Source of the DNA: Thermoplasmata archaeon
GTDB taxonomy: Archaea; Thermoplasmatota; Thermoplasmata; Lutacidiplasmatales; UBA184
Assembly (NCBI GenBank): GCA_028864975.1
Contig: JAGWLG010000002.1
Coordinates: 32,001 to 96,000, forward strand
Reading direction: 5' to 3'
Length of the DNA stretch: 64,000 nucleotides
The notes beneath the pieces are model-generated. The model worked only from the letters and a program-made list of their open reading frames with translations. It was not told the origin of the DNA and ran no database searches. A program made the position numbers and the translations under genes. Every line of letters starts with the position of its first letter. Positions within the stretch are counted from its first letter, which is position 1. Below are positions 9,742-18,838 of this stretch, piece after piece.

Positions 9742-11712
9742 ATGGCCTCGCGCTCTGCCTCCTATCTCCGGGACCCGATCTACGGTCTGGTCCCGCTCTC
9801 GCCGGGGGAGGTCGACCTCCTCGGTATCCCCTTGCTGACCCGCCTCAAGAGCATCCGCCAGATGGGTTTCGCCTGGTCGATCTTCCCCGGGGCCAATCAC
9901 ACCCGTTTCGAGCACTCCGTGGGGGTCATGCACGCGGCGGGTCTCCTCGTGCGCGACCTTCCGGGGTTCGACGAGCGCCGTACCCGGATGGTCCGGCTCG
10001 CCGGCCTCCTGCACGACGTGGGGCACCCTCCGTTCTCCCACACGCTCGAACTGGCCGCGAGGCTCTACGGAAAGGAGGTCAACGCCCCCGAGCTCTCCGC
10101 GCTCTCCTCCCATGAGGCGGTGACGGAGCGCCGTGTCGCGACGGACCGAGACCTGCGCGAGGTCCTGGAGCGGCACGCGGAGTTCCGGGAGATCGACCCG
10201 AAGGAGCTGGCCACCCTCGCCGTGGGACGCCACCCCGACACGTCAATGAGCCTGATCGTCCACGGGGAGATCGACGCGGACCGCATCGATTACATCACGC
10301 GCGACAACCTCCACTGCGGGTTCCCCTCGGGCCTCGACATGCACGTCATCCCCTCCCTCTTCCTTCGCCGGGAGGATGGGGAGATCGTCCTCAACGAAGA
10401 GCGGGCCTACTTCGCGGAGCAGCTCCTGCTTGCACGCCACCATCTCCAGGTCAAGATCCACGACGAGCCCAGGGACCGGCTCGCGGACCTTCTGCTGGCT
10501 CGCGCCCTCCGGGCCTTCTTCCTCATCGGCGAGAAGGTCCGTCGGAAGGAGTTCACCCGCATCGCAGAGATGGCCGGTGACGCCGAGCTCATGGCGCTCC
10601 TGCGCGCCTCGGTCCCCGAGGAGACCGCGGAGCTCGAGGCGTTGCTCGCCGGCCGACCGACGTGGAACGAGCTCGCCGAGATCTCCTTCCCCGAGATCTC
10701 CCCGCCCGCCAGGTACGCCGTCAGCCTCCTGCTCTCGGAGTCCCACCGCGACCTTTCCTCGCGTCTCGCCTCCACCCTCGGGGAGTGGTTGGGGACCGAC
10801 GTGATCGCGGACGTGTGGGGCGCGACGCCCCCCGGGGCGTCGCTGCGAGCCGCTGCCCCGGACAGCCCCCGTCCCCCGGTGCCCCTGACCTCGCTTCCCC
10901 TGATCCGCGGCACGGTCGCCGCCACCCATCGCGCCATGGGGGTGCGACTCTACGTTCGGGCGAAGGGGCCCTCGCCCAAGCTCCTGCTCCCTCGGGCCCA
11001 CGAACGCTACGCTTCGCGTGTGGACGCCGGGTTCGACCTGCGGAGGGCGAAGAACTTCCACGACCGCCTCTCCAAGGAGGAGGCCCAGGGTTTCATCGTC
11101 TCGCTCGAGCTGGAGTCCGCGCTGCTCGCGACCGTCTTGGACGCGCACGCCGGGAGGACCTTCACGCCCGATGCCGCGCTCCTCATGCTGAGCGCACTCT
11201 TCGAGGCGTTCTCGGCTCCCCCCCTTGAGGAGGTCCGGGTCTACCTGGAGGGGGAGACCGGGTTCGCGTCGATCGCCCGGGCCTCGCGCCTACCCGACCG
11301 CTGGAAGGAGCTGCTCGGCTCCGCGTTCCCGTATACGGTCCCCCTCGAGGAGGGCCCACGTCCGACCGTCCTCTCGCGTCCCGACCCGGACCTGGAGGCC
11401 GACCTGGACCGTCTCGAGGCCTTCGGCCTTGTGGTTCGCCTTCCTCGTGAGGAGCGGCGGGGCCGCCACTTTGCTTCGCTCGACCGATATGCGCTCGCGG
11501 GATGGGGGCGGGGGCTCGTCCGACAGCTCCTGCTGCGTGACGAGCGGCTCTCGAAGCTCCACGCCGAGGTCACGAGCGCGCTCTCCCACCTCGTGGCCGA
11601 GAACGAAGAGGTCTTCCGCGCCTTCTTCGGACTCGCTGGCCGTAGCGGGGCCGCCGCGAAGAAGGCCCGTCGCGGGAGCCGAGGGGAGCTTCCCCTACCG
11701 GTCAGCCGGTGA
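9742..11712 (+). CDS. HD-domain phosphohydrolase (SAMHD1/dGTPase-like) with long C-terminal extension
   Basis: RDPIYG, RLKSIRQMG, HTRFEHSVGVMH, LLHDVGHPPFSH, DADRIDY. Confidence 0.85.
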   Translation: MASRSASYLRDPIYGLVPLSPGEVDLLGIPLLTRLKSIRQMGFAWSIFPGANHTRFEHSVGVMHAAGLLVRDLPGFDERRTRMVRLAGLLHDVGHPPFSHTLELAARLYGKEVNAPELSALSSHEAVTERRVATDRDLREVLERHAEFREIDPKELATLAVGRHPDTSMSLIVHGEIDADRIDYITRDNLHCGFPSGLDMHVIPSLFLRREDGEIVLNEERAYFAEQLLLARHHLQVKIHDEPRDRLADLLLARALRAFFLIGEKVRRKEFTRIAEMAGDAELMALLRASVPEETAELEALLAGRPTWNELAEISFPEISPPARYAVSLLLSESHRDLSSRLASTLGEWLGTDVIADVWGATPPGASLRAAAPDSPRPPVPLTSLPLIRGTVAATHRAMGVRLYVRAKGPSPKLLLPRAHERYASRVDAGFDLRRAKNFHDRLSKEEAQGFIVSLELESALLATVLDAHAGRTFTPDAALLMLSALFEAFSAPPLEEVRVYLEGETGFASIARASRLPDRWKELLGSAFPYTVPLEEGPRPTVLSRPDPDLEADLDRLEAFGLVVRLPREERRGRHFASLDRYALAGWGRGLVRQLLLRDERLSKLHAEVTSALSHLVAENEEVFRAFFGLAGRSGAAAKKARRGSRGELPLPVSR

Positions 11713-12240
11713 AAGGAGCGAACCCTCGTCCGCGAACCTCCGGGCGGCGATCCTCAGCGATCCCCAGAGGACCAGCGCGGCAAAGGCGTAGAAGGCAAGG
11801 GCATACCTGCCCAGGTCGTACTGCACGGCGGGGGAGATCGATGCCAGAGCGGCCCCGGAGATGAACAGGGCGAGGAGGGTCGGCACGAGCGTTCCGCAGC
11901 AGAGGGAGGGGAGCAACCCTGCGACAAGCGCGGCGAGCGGCCCTCCCTTCGGGGCCCGACCCGGGCTCGCGCAGCTTGGGTGCCGAAGGAGAAAGAGGTT
12001 GACCAGGAAGACTAGGGGAAGCAGGAGTCCCATGAGGACCGCGAAGCCGGCCTCCTCCGGCTCGATCTCCCCCAATGCCCAGGGGGCGAGCGTCCCCAGG
12101 CGGAGGCCGGGAAGGAGGAGGGCGTAGGTGATCCCGACCAACGGAACGCCCACCGAGTAGCCAAGCAGGTAGCTCCGTTCGCGAAGCACGCGCCGCACCG
12201 CGAGCACTTCGGGGAAGCGGCGACGCGCGGGAACCGCCAT
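11695..12240 (-). CDS. Membrane protein with vicinal Cys-Cys motif
   Basis: About 4 hydrophobic segments; PSLCCGT and HPSC; starts 11 nt after the redoxin stop. Confidence 0.6.
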   Translation of the reverse strand: MAVPARRRFPEVLAVRRVLRERSYLLGYSVGVPLVGITYALLLPGLRLGTLAPWALGEIEPEEAGFAVLMGLLLPLVFLVNLFLLRHPSCASPGRAPKGGPLAALVAGLLPSLCCGTLVPTLLALFISGAALASISPAVQYDLGRYALAFYAFAALVLWGSLRIAARRFADEGSLLSPADR

Positions 12241-12250
12241 CGCCGGGCCC

Positions 12251-12967
12251 TCAGGTGCCTTGCGCTTCTTGGAGCGCGGCCGGGAAGGAGGCGGGGAGGT
12301 TCGTCCCCGTGTCGATCACCGTGCCCCCGGAGTTGATCACATAGTACGCGTCCATGTAAGAATCCGGGTTGTAGGTCGTCGTTCCGCCGGAGGAGCCCGC
12401 GCCCAGCACCCAGAGGGGGCTCGCCACGTACCCGTTCTGGGAGGCGAAGGAGCTCAAACTGGGACCGGGCTGTCCCAGGTCGTTGTAGGACTCCACCTCG
12501 AGCAGCGTGATCCCTGCCGAACCGTATTGAGCGGCGTAGTTCGTCGCGAAGTATTGTGTGCCTTGCCCGCAAGTGCTGCAGTAGGTCGCGACCCACCAAA
12601 GTACGATCGGGTGGCCCTCGTACGCGGCCAGCTGGTGGTTGTTCCCTGAAAGATCGGTGAAGGAGAAGTCCGGGGCAGTCTTGCCGACCTGGGCTTGGGG
12701 CAATCCTGAGGGGGGCCGCACGAGGACCCAGGCCAGGACAACGGCCAGGAGGACCGCGACCCCCACGAGCACCCACGCCCTCCGTGAGCCAGGGACCTTC
12801 CACGGGCGCCTCGCACGTGAATCGTTCCGCGACGGGCCGTCCGCCTCCTCCTCCCAGGTCTTGCCGGGGTGAACGTCACGGATATGACCCCGCAATCGGT
12901 CGCGCCGGACCGAGGAGCGGCAATGCGGGCATCGAGCGGTCGTTCTTGCCCTAGGTCGCTCCCCCAT
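12251..12967 (-). CDS. Membrane-anchored redoxin (TlpA/AhpC-TSA-like) with N-terminal C2H2-like zinc finger
   Basis: CPHC-x12-HIRDVH; one TM helix; VGKTAPDFSFTDLSG; WWVATYCSTC (CxxC). Confidence 0.75.
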   Translation of the reverse strand: MGERPRARTTARCPHCRSSVRRDRLRGHIRDVHPGKTWEEEADGPSRNDSRARRPWKVPGSRRAWVLVGVAVLLAVVLAWVLVRPPSGLPQAQVGKTAPDFSFTDLSGNNHQLAAYEGHPIVLWWVATYCSTCGQGTQYFATNYAAQYGSAGITLLEVESYNDLGQPGPSLSSFASQNGYVASPLWVLGAGSSGGTTTYNPDSYMDAYYVINSGGTVIDTGTNLPASFPAALQEAQGT

Positions 12968-13107
12968 GATCGGCCCAGGTGTCACCAGCAACGAGCAGAA
13001 GAAGCCGTTTTCCTCTGCGGACCCCACCCGACAGCGCCCTGCCCCCCCCGTTCCCCGACCGAGGCAGGAGGGTCCGTCCCAGGAGCGCTCATCGCCTCCT
13101 CGAAGGA

Positions 13108-14157
13108 TCAAGGGTGGGTCGCAGAAGCTCGGGGTAAGGCCCTTGGCTCGGCGGGGGACCCGGTCTCACGCCGACCGGACCCACACACCGGAAGTCCTTC
13201 GTAGGCATCGATGCGCTCTGGCACGCGCTGCCATCGAACGTGGTCGTGTCGAGACAGGAGGCGGTCCCCGACAGAGAAGAGGAAGGCGGCGGTCTCGATC
13301 GAGGCCAGGAAGAAGAGGGAGCGAAGACCCCGAGGTCTTACGAGCGTCGTTCGGAACAGGAGCCGTAAGGCCTCCCCGGGCGATGCTCGGGCGAACCGGG
13401 GGAAGGTCGAAGGCGGCAGGCCCACCGCCGCGGCTACCTGGTGGTGTCCGAAGAGGATGCGACGCCGTTGTACGAGGTGGTCGCGGAAATTCCCTGGCAC
13501 GCTCAGCGCGACCTTCGCTGCGGGCGCGTACCGAAGCGCCCCTCCGGCCCTCGAGATGCTGGCCGCGAGGTACGAACCGTCGTTGATGGTCCCCGGAGGG
13601 AGGGCGGGGAGCGAACGCGTGGACAGGAGCATCAGCTCATCCGATAGGTGGGTACCGCGCGCCGTGCCGAGCAGTCGAAGGTGGAGCTCATGGTGCAGCT
13701 CCCAAAGAAGGGAGAGGGCTTCGAACAGACGGCCCGTTCCTTGGGGTGGCACGGGTCGCGCCATCGCGCCAAAGGGGGGCGCGAGATCGGTCGTAACCCG
13801 GAGCAGGGCCGCAATGGCCCCCGGCTCCGCGCGCGCGTCGCCGTTGAGGAGGACGACCCTGTCTCCGCGCGCACGCGCGAGGACCTGCCGGATCGCCGCG
13901 GACTTGCCCTGGCGGTGGTGCTCGACCACCAGGTGCACCCTAGGGTCCTGCCGGGCGATCTCCTCGACGATCGGCACGGTACGGTCCGTGCAACCGCTGG
14001 CCACGACCCAAAGGTCCGACCAGGCGAAACCCCGCGGCAGTTCCTGAGCGAGGAGCGATACGATAGCTCCCCGGATGGTCCTCTCCTCGTTGCAAGCGAC
14101 CACGCCTCCCGAAAGGTCGGTGTTGGGGGTTCGAGCTCCAGGTCCCACAAGATGCAT
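13108..14157 (-). CDS. Glycosyltransferase family 2
   Basis: VVACNEERTI, VASGCTDRT, RQGKSAA, LNGDA, NDGSYL. Confidence 0.85.
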   Translation of the reverse strand: MHLVGPGARTPNTDLSGGVVACNEERTIRGAIVSLLAQELPRGFAWSDLWVVASGCTDRTVPIVEEIARQDPRVHLVVEHHRQGKSAAIRQVLARARGDRVVLLNGDARAEPGAIAALLRVTTDLAPPFGAMARPVPPQGTGRLFEALSLLWELHHELHLRLLGTARGTHLSDELMLLSTRSLPALPPGTINDGSYLAASISRAGGALRYAPAAKVALSVPGNFRDHLVQRRRILFGHHQVAAAVGLPPSTFPRFARASPGEALRLLFRTTLVRPRGLRSLFFLASIETAAFLFSVGDRLLSRHDHVRWQRVPERIDAYEGLPVCGSGRRETGSPAEPRALPRASATHP

Positions 14158-14166
14158 GGGGTCCCC

Positions 14167-15153
14167 CTAGAGGTCGGAGGTGACCGCGAGGACCAATGGC
14201 CCGCGCGGTCGCGCAAGCGCCTCGTCCCCATGGGTCGGTCCCTGTCCGCGATCTCGCGCGTACGTCTGTCGAAGCTGGTCGAACTTCCCGGAAAGGAGGA
14301 AGAACTTGCGAAGGCCAGTCACGGATCGGAAGGCCTCCTTGGTCCTCCCCATGCGACGCTGCCTGCCCGAAATCCATGTCCCCTTGAGCTGCAGGTAGGT
14401 CGCCAGGAGAGGGAATCCCACCAAGTTCAGGAGGCGCACGAGCACCGGGGCCGGATGCGCTGGCGCAGGCCTACCACATGTGGGGAGCCTCCACCGAGCG
14501 TAGAGCCGAGGTAGTGCTTCCTGGACCCAGGGCGTGGAAGCGAGGAACTGACGGTAGAACGCCTCCCCGACGACCGGACGAGCGACCAGGAGCTCCCGCG
14601 CCTCCAGCACGCCTCGGCGCGATGCCAGGTATCGTTCGACCTCATCCTCGTCCACCACATGGTTGAAACACCAGACCCGGCCGCCCGCGCGCGGGTGGAA
14701 CCGTAGCGCGGCGTAGACGTAGAGAAGGAACGGCCAGAGAGCGCCGCGACGGGTGATCACGAAGAGGTCGAGGTCGCTCTCGTCCGCCGCCTCCCCATAG
14801 GCCACCGAGCCCGTCACGACAACGCACCGCACCAGGCCGAGCGAAGGGCCCAGCACCTCCGGGAGCTCCTCGAGCGCATGCTTCCACTGTTCCTCAGCCA
14901 CCGCCCTTCGACCCTCGAGGACGGCGCTGGAAGCGAAAGTCCCGGCGGGACGAACCCGGTCCTCCTCGAACGACCCTGTTCCCGGGTGGGCACTCAACCA
15001 CACCTTGAGGTCCTCCGACGTGCGGACCGGCCCTTCGGGGAGGAGAGCGATCAGGTCGTCGGGCGCGATGGCGGTCTGGAGCATAGCCGCGACCTGGAGC
15101 AGGGTCCTCACGCGGTGCTCTTGGTCCTTGAGCTGGTCGGGCGGTCCTCGCAT
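14167..15153 (-). CDS. Nucleotidyltransferase-domain protein (Pol-beta superfamily)
   Basis: TGSVAYGEAADESDLDLFVI (GS...DxD) motif; start placed at MRGPPD. Confidence 0.72.
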   Translation of the reverse strand: MRGPPDQLKDQEHRVRTLLQVAAMLQTAIAPDDLIALLPEGPVRTSEDLKVWLSAHPGTGSFEEDRVRPAGTFASSAVLEGRRAVAEEQWKHALEELPEVLGPSLGLVRCVVVTGSVAYGEAADESDLDLFVITRRGALWPFLLYVYAALRFHPRAGGRVWCFNHVVDEDEVERYLASRRGVLEARELLVARPVVGEAFYRQFLASTPWVQEALPRLYARWRLPTCGRPAPAHPAPVLVRLLNLVGFPLLATYLQLKGTWISGRQRRMGRTKEAFRSVTGLRKFFLLSGKFDQLRQTYARDRGQGPTHGDEALARPRGPLVLAVTSDL

Positions 15154-15471
15154 CGCGTGGCCCTCTGCGTCCACCTTTTGCAGGGGAGTCCGCGTCGCGG
15201 TGCGACCATCCGAAAGAGCGGACCGGGCCCTCCCGCGTCGAAGGCGAGGGTGTCGGTGACCCCATCCAGGGGCACCCGTAGGCGTCGCGCCTACGAAGCC
15301 TTCGCCGCCGTCGACGGCGCACATCACCACGGAAGTCTCTCCCCGAGCCTTTGAGGTAGGCCGAGGGAGAAGCTGGTTCTCCTGATTCTCAAGCGTGGAA
15401 AGCGGCGGGCCCTGGAGCGGGCTCGACCCCCATATCCCCCCCGGGGGAGCGCTCGGCACGGCGACCCTGCC

Positions 15472-16140
15472 CTACTTCGCGGCCCTAGGTGCGGCCTCGC
15501 TCGCACGTGGAGGACCCGTCCCCCCACGTCGACGGGCAGCGCGAAGGCAGAGGACGAGCGCGGTGACGACGACGACGACGGCCGCGACGACCGCGATGAT
15601 CGCGAACGTGTCCCCGTCCAGCTGGGGCGAGGAGGGGTTCGCTGAGGTCCCGGGAAGGACAGAAACCAGGCCCTGCATCGAGGGGTAGTGGTACCGGCAA
15701 ATGAACTGATAGGTCCCCCAGTTCGGGAACGTCACCGTGAACGACGCGGTCTGCGAACCGTTCAGGGATCGGTCGGCGAGAAGGTTGGGCCACGTGAACC
15801 AGTCTCCCGGTGCGGTCCCCGGACTGGTGCCGGAAGGTGCGGTCTGATTAACGAGCGAGGAGAGCGTGAACGTGTGGGAGGCCGTTCCCGCATCGGTGAC
15901 GGTGAAAGTGACGGTCCGTGAGCTGACGCTTGGGCTGGAGGGAACGAAGCTCAGTTGGTCCGTCACTTGAAGGCTGATGGTTGCGGTAGCCCCGCTGCCG
16001 GCCGAGGGGACGTACCTCGGCGGCGCCCCCGGCCCCATACCCTGAGAGAGGGTCGGGACGATGAGGAAGAGTAGGACCAGAAAGGCGACCGCTCCCGTCT
16101 TGAGGTGGAGAGACCGGGTGAGGGGTTCCGGCGGCATCAT
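15472..16140 (-). CDS. Membrane-anchored cupredoxin (type 1 blue copper protein)
   Basis: N-terminal signal/TM; TDQLSFVPS; His in ASHTF; C-x2-H-x3-M (CRYHYPSM); C-terminal TM plus basic tail. Confidence 0.8.
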   Translation of the reverse strand: MMPPEPLTRSLHLKTGAVAFLVLLFLIVPTLSQGMGPGAPPRYVPSAGSGATATISLQVTDQLSFVPSSPSVSSRTVTFTVTDAGTASHTFTLSSLVNQTAPSGTSPGTAPGDWFTWPNLLADRSLNGSQTASFTVTFPNWGTYQFICRYHYPSMQGLVSVLPGTSANPSSPQLDGDTFAIIAVVAAVVVVVTALVLCLRAARRRGGTGPPRASEAAPRAAK

Positions 16141-16305
16141 GGCGCTTCCCTGCCCTTCCCACGCGCAGCGGAGGAGGGGCGCTCTCCCCAGGGGAGGGTG
16201 ACTGGCCCGGAGGGGGCGGGCGACGTGGACGTCACGAGGGTGGGTTCGCCATGAAGGTCTTCGTCGCAGGTCTCCACCGGATCGCTCGCGGCATGACCTC
16301 TCCAC

Positions 16306-16974
16306 TCACGAGGTGAGAGATAGTTCGGGCGATGATTCTCGAATGTGAGGACGCCCGCGCCCTCCTCGTGAACGGTATGGCCTTCCTTCTCCGAGCACGC
16401 TTGGGTCCCGTATCGTGACCACCGCGAGGGTTCCGCCCCACAGCAGTCCTGGGTAATCGATGAGCCGTTCCGCCCCTCCCGCTCCCACCGTGCCGTACGC
16501 CCCCGTGAGCGTCATCAGCAACCCCACCGAGGCCACTCCTATGATGGATGCCGTGAAGATCGTGAGCCTGCGCCGCCGATCATGCAGGAAGGTCCAGAAG
16601 AAGGCCCAGATCGCGATCGCCGGCAGAACATAGAGGAGGAGGCCGAAGACCCAGTGGACCTCGGTGCCCTCGGGGAAGACCCCGGCCAGCACAAGATCGG
16701 AACCGAGCACGGTCACGACCGGTCGCCCGTATCGGAACCTACCCGGGAGGCCTTGGGCGAAGAGGGCGGTCGTCAACCCTAGCCCCGCGAGCGTTCCGTT
16801 GAAGAGGGAGGCCAGGGTGGGGTCCCCCACGCCGAGCGCGGCGATGGGTCCGACCGTGGTTGAATAACCGACCCGGATGGCCTGCTCGAACATGAGGACC
16901 GCGGCGAAGAGCACGACCCCTACCAGGAGGACGCTCGGGCCCAACCTCGGGGCTCTCATCCAACACGTCATCAT
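16306..16974 (-). CDS. DUF998-like membrane protein
   Basis: About 5 TM segments; AGVFPEGTEVH and GGAERLIDYP motifs; start may instead be 16959. Confidence 0.65.
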   Translation of the reverse strand: MMTCWMRAPRLGPSVLLVGVVLFAAVLMFEQAIRVGYSTTVGPIAALGVGDPTLASLFNGTLAGLGLTTALFAQGLPGRFRYGRPVVTVLGSDLVLAGVFPEGTEVHWVFGLLLYVLPAIAIWAFFWTFLHDRRRRLTIFTASIIGVASVGLLMTLTGAYGTVGAGGAERLIDYPGLLWGGTLAVVTIRDPSVLGEGRPYRSRGGRGRPHIRESSPELSLTS

Positions 16975-17000
16975 CGTACCCACCCTTAGAGCGGGCCTGC

Positions 17001-17297
17001 TCAGCTGGTTCGCATCTCCACGGAAGCGACGAGGAGCGAAACCCCCGCGAGAGATGCCCCGGAGCTGATCGCCGTGCACCAGAAGAGGTCCCCTGTCGCG
17101 AAGTACATCGTGGTCCACGCGAGCGGCGTTCCGATTGCCATGACGGCCAAGCCGAGCCCGAGCAAGAGCATGGGACGCGAGTGGCGGGACCGGTACGCCA
17201 CGACCGCCCGTACCACGAGGAACCCGCCAAGAGCGGCCAGGGCCACGAAGAGGACCCAAAGCGGCCAGAGCGCGAGGATCTCAACGACTTCGCTCAT
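17001..17297 (-). CDS. Small 3-TM membrane protein
   Basis: 98 aa hydrophobic protein; ATGA overlap with the upstream wHTH gene. Confidence 0.65.
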   Translation of the reverse strand: MSEVVEILALWPLWVLFVALAALGGFLVVRAVVAYRSRHSRPMLLLGLGLAVMAIGTPLAWTTMYFATGDLFWCTAISSGASLAGVSLLVASVEMRTS

Positions 17298-17719
17298 CGC
17301 TCACCACCCTTCCTCAGCTCCTCCCAAAGGTCCGCCATCCGCTCGGACGCAAGGACCCGGAACTTCGCCAGGACCTGCACGCCCCCGCCCCCGAAATGGA
17401 CCGTTCCTTCGGCAAGGAGCGAGCGGAACAGGTCCGTGCGCCTCCCCTCGGTCGAGAGCACGGAACGTTGGACCCCCACCAGTCCTGCCCCCTGAAGCTC
17501 CCCGAGCTTGCGATAGACCGAGCTCTGGGGGACCGAGAGCTCCCGCAAGAGATCTTGGACCGTACGGGGCCGGTCGTTGAGCAACGTGAGGATCGCACGG
17601 CAGGAAGGGTCTCCCAGGGCCGCCAAGATCGCCTCCTCACGCTCGACGGAGACTCTGCCGAGCTGGGTAGCGCCAAGGTCCTGCGCTTCATGCTGTCCAT
17701 CGTTACCGGGATCGGACAT
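17294..17719 (-). CDS. ArsR-like winged-helix transcriptional regulator
   Basis: AALGDPSCRAIL, SVPQSSVYRKLGELQGAGLV. Confidence 0.82.
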   Translation of the reverse strand: MSDPGNDGQHEAQDLGATQLGRVSVEREEAILAALGDPSCRAILTLLNDRPRTVQDLLRELSVPQSSVYRKLGELQGAGLVGVQRSVLSTEGRRTDLFRSLLAEGTVHFGGGGVQVLAKFRVLASERMADLWEELRKGGER

Positions 17720-17943
17720 GATGCACCTTCGGATGGTTCCCGAATCTGGTAACGGTCTCCCCGACGAGGTCCGAAGCTTCCCACCTCTTATTCCTCACGT
17801 GGCGACCAACACGGGTTCAGAGGCGGGACGGGGCCTCGAGCCCGCGAAGCTGAGCTCGCTTGCGTCTTGAGGTCGCGGACCTGACCTCCCTCCATCCCCT
17901 TTTTCGGGTCGGTGACGGTCCCCCCACCGACTTGGAGCGGGGC

Positions 17944-18837
17944 ATGGAGGGAACGGGCCCCGTCGAGCTCACGCGGGAGGTGAACGGCGCTCCCGCTCAC
18001 TTCGTGGAGGAGGGGGCCGGTCCCTCGCTGCTCTTCGTGCACGACCTGATGGAATCCCTCGTGGCGTTCGGCCCCCTGGTGCACGAGCTAGGGCCCCGCT
18101 ATCGGAAGGTCTTGGTGGACCTCCCGGGTCTGGGGAAGACCCCGGTGCCAGAAGGTTGGGACTACACCCTCGCTTCGTACGGCGCGTTCCTGAACGGGGC
18201 GTTGCGAGAGTCGGCGTGCCGCGACACGACCCTCATCTTGCATGGGTTCGGGGTCCTGGTGGGGTTGGAAGCGCTCTCGGTCGAGGCGGGCGAGGCCTCC
18301 CGACGCGTCTCCCGCGTGGTGCTCCTGAACGGCCCGCTCTACGACGACGACTCCGCGAGCGTGCTCTCCTTCCTGAAGCGGGGGCCCTTCGAGGCGTTGA
18401 CCTCGGCACCGCCCATGGACCTCGGGACGTACCGACGGCTCGTCCTGAAGCGGTTCGGGGACCCGACCTACTTCGACGAGGGCCAGGTCGAGGACCTCTA
18501 CCACGGCTGGGGACGACACGGGCCCTCGACCGTGCGTGCCGTCGCGCGACACCTACCGGAACTGCGGGAAGCCCTTCCCCGCCTCCGCTCGAGCCTCTCG
18601 AAATGGGGAGGACCGGTCTACGTGTACTGGGGAGAGGACGACCCCTTCCTCGGGAGCGAGGCCGCGCACCGGCTGGGGCGCGAGGTGCGCCGGGCGAAGG
18701 TCCTGATCTTCCCCGAGGTCGGGTACCTCCCGCACGAGGAGGCTCCACGCTCGATCTCCGACCATCTGCGGAAGGTCGTGCGCGTGGCGAGGCCCCGTGC
18801 CCTTCCTCCCGGACCCTCGGCGCCTCCTGTCGCGTAG
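17944..18837 (+). CDS. Alpha/beta hydrolase-fold protein (nucleophile motif atypical)
   Basis: EGAGPSLLFVH, VDLPGLGKT, VYWGEDDP, VGYLPHEE; LHGFGV occupies the usual GxSxG position, so there is no Ser nucleophile. Confidence 0.75.
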   Translation: MEGTGPVELTREVNGAPAHFVEEGAGPSLLFVHDLMESLVAFGPLVHELGPRYRKVLVDLPGLGKTPVPEGWDYTLASYGAFLNGALRESACRDTTLILHGFGVLVGLEALSVEAGEASRRVSRVVLLNGPLYDDDSASVLSFLKRGPFEALTSAPPMDLGTYRRLVLKRFGDPTYFDEGQVEDLYHGWGRHGPSTVRAVARHLPELREALPRLRSSLSKWGGPVYVYWGEDDPFLGSEAAHRLGREVRRAKVLIFPEVGYLPHEEAPRSISDHLRKVVRVARPRALPPGPSAPPVA

Positions 18838-18838
18838 C

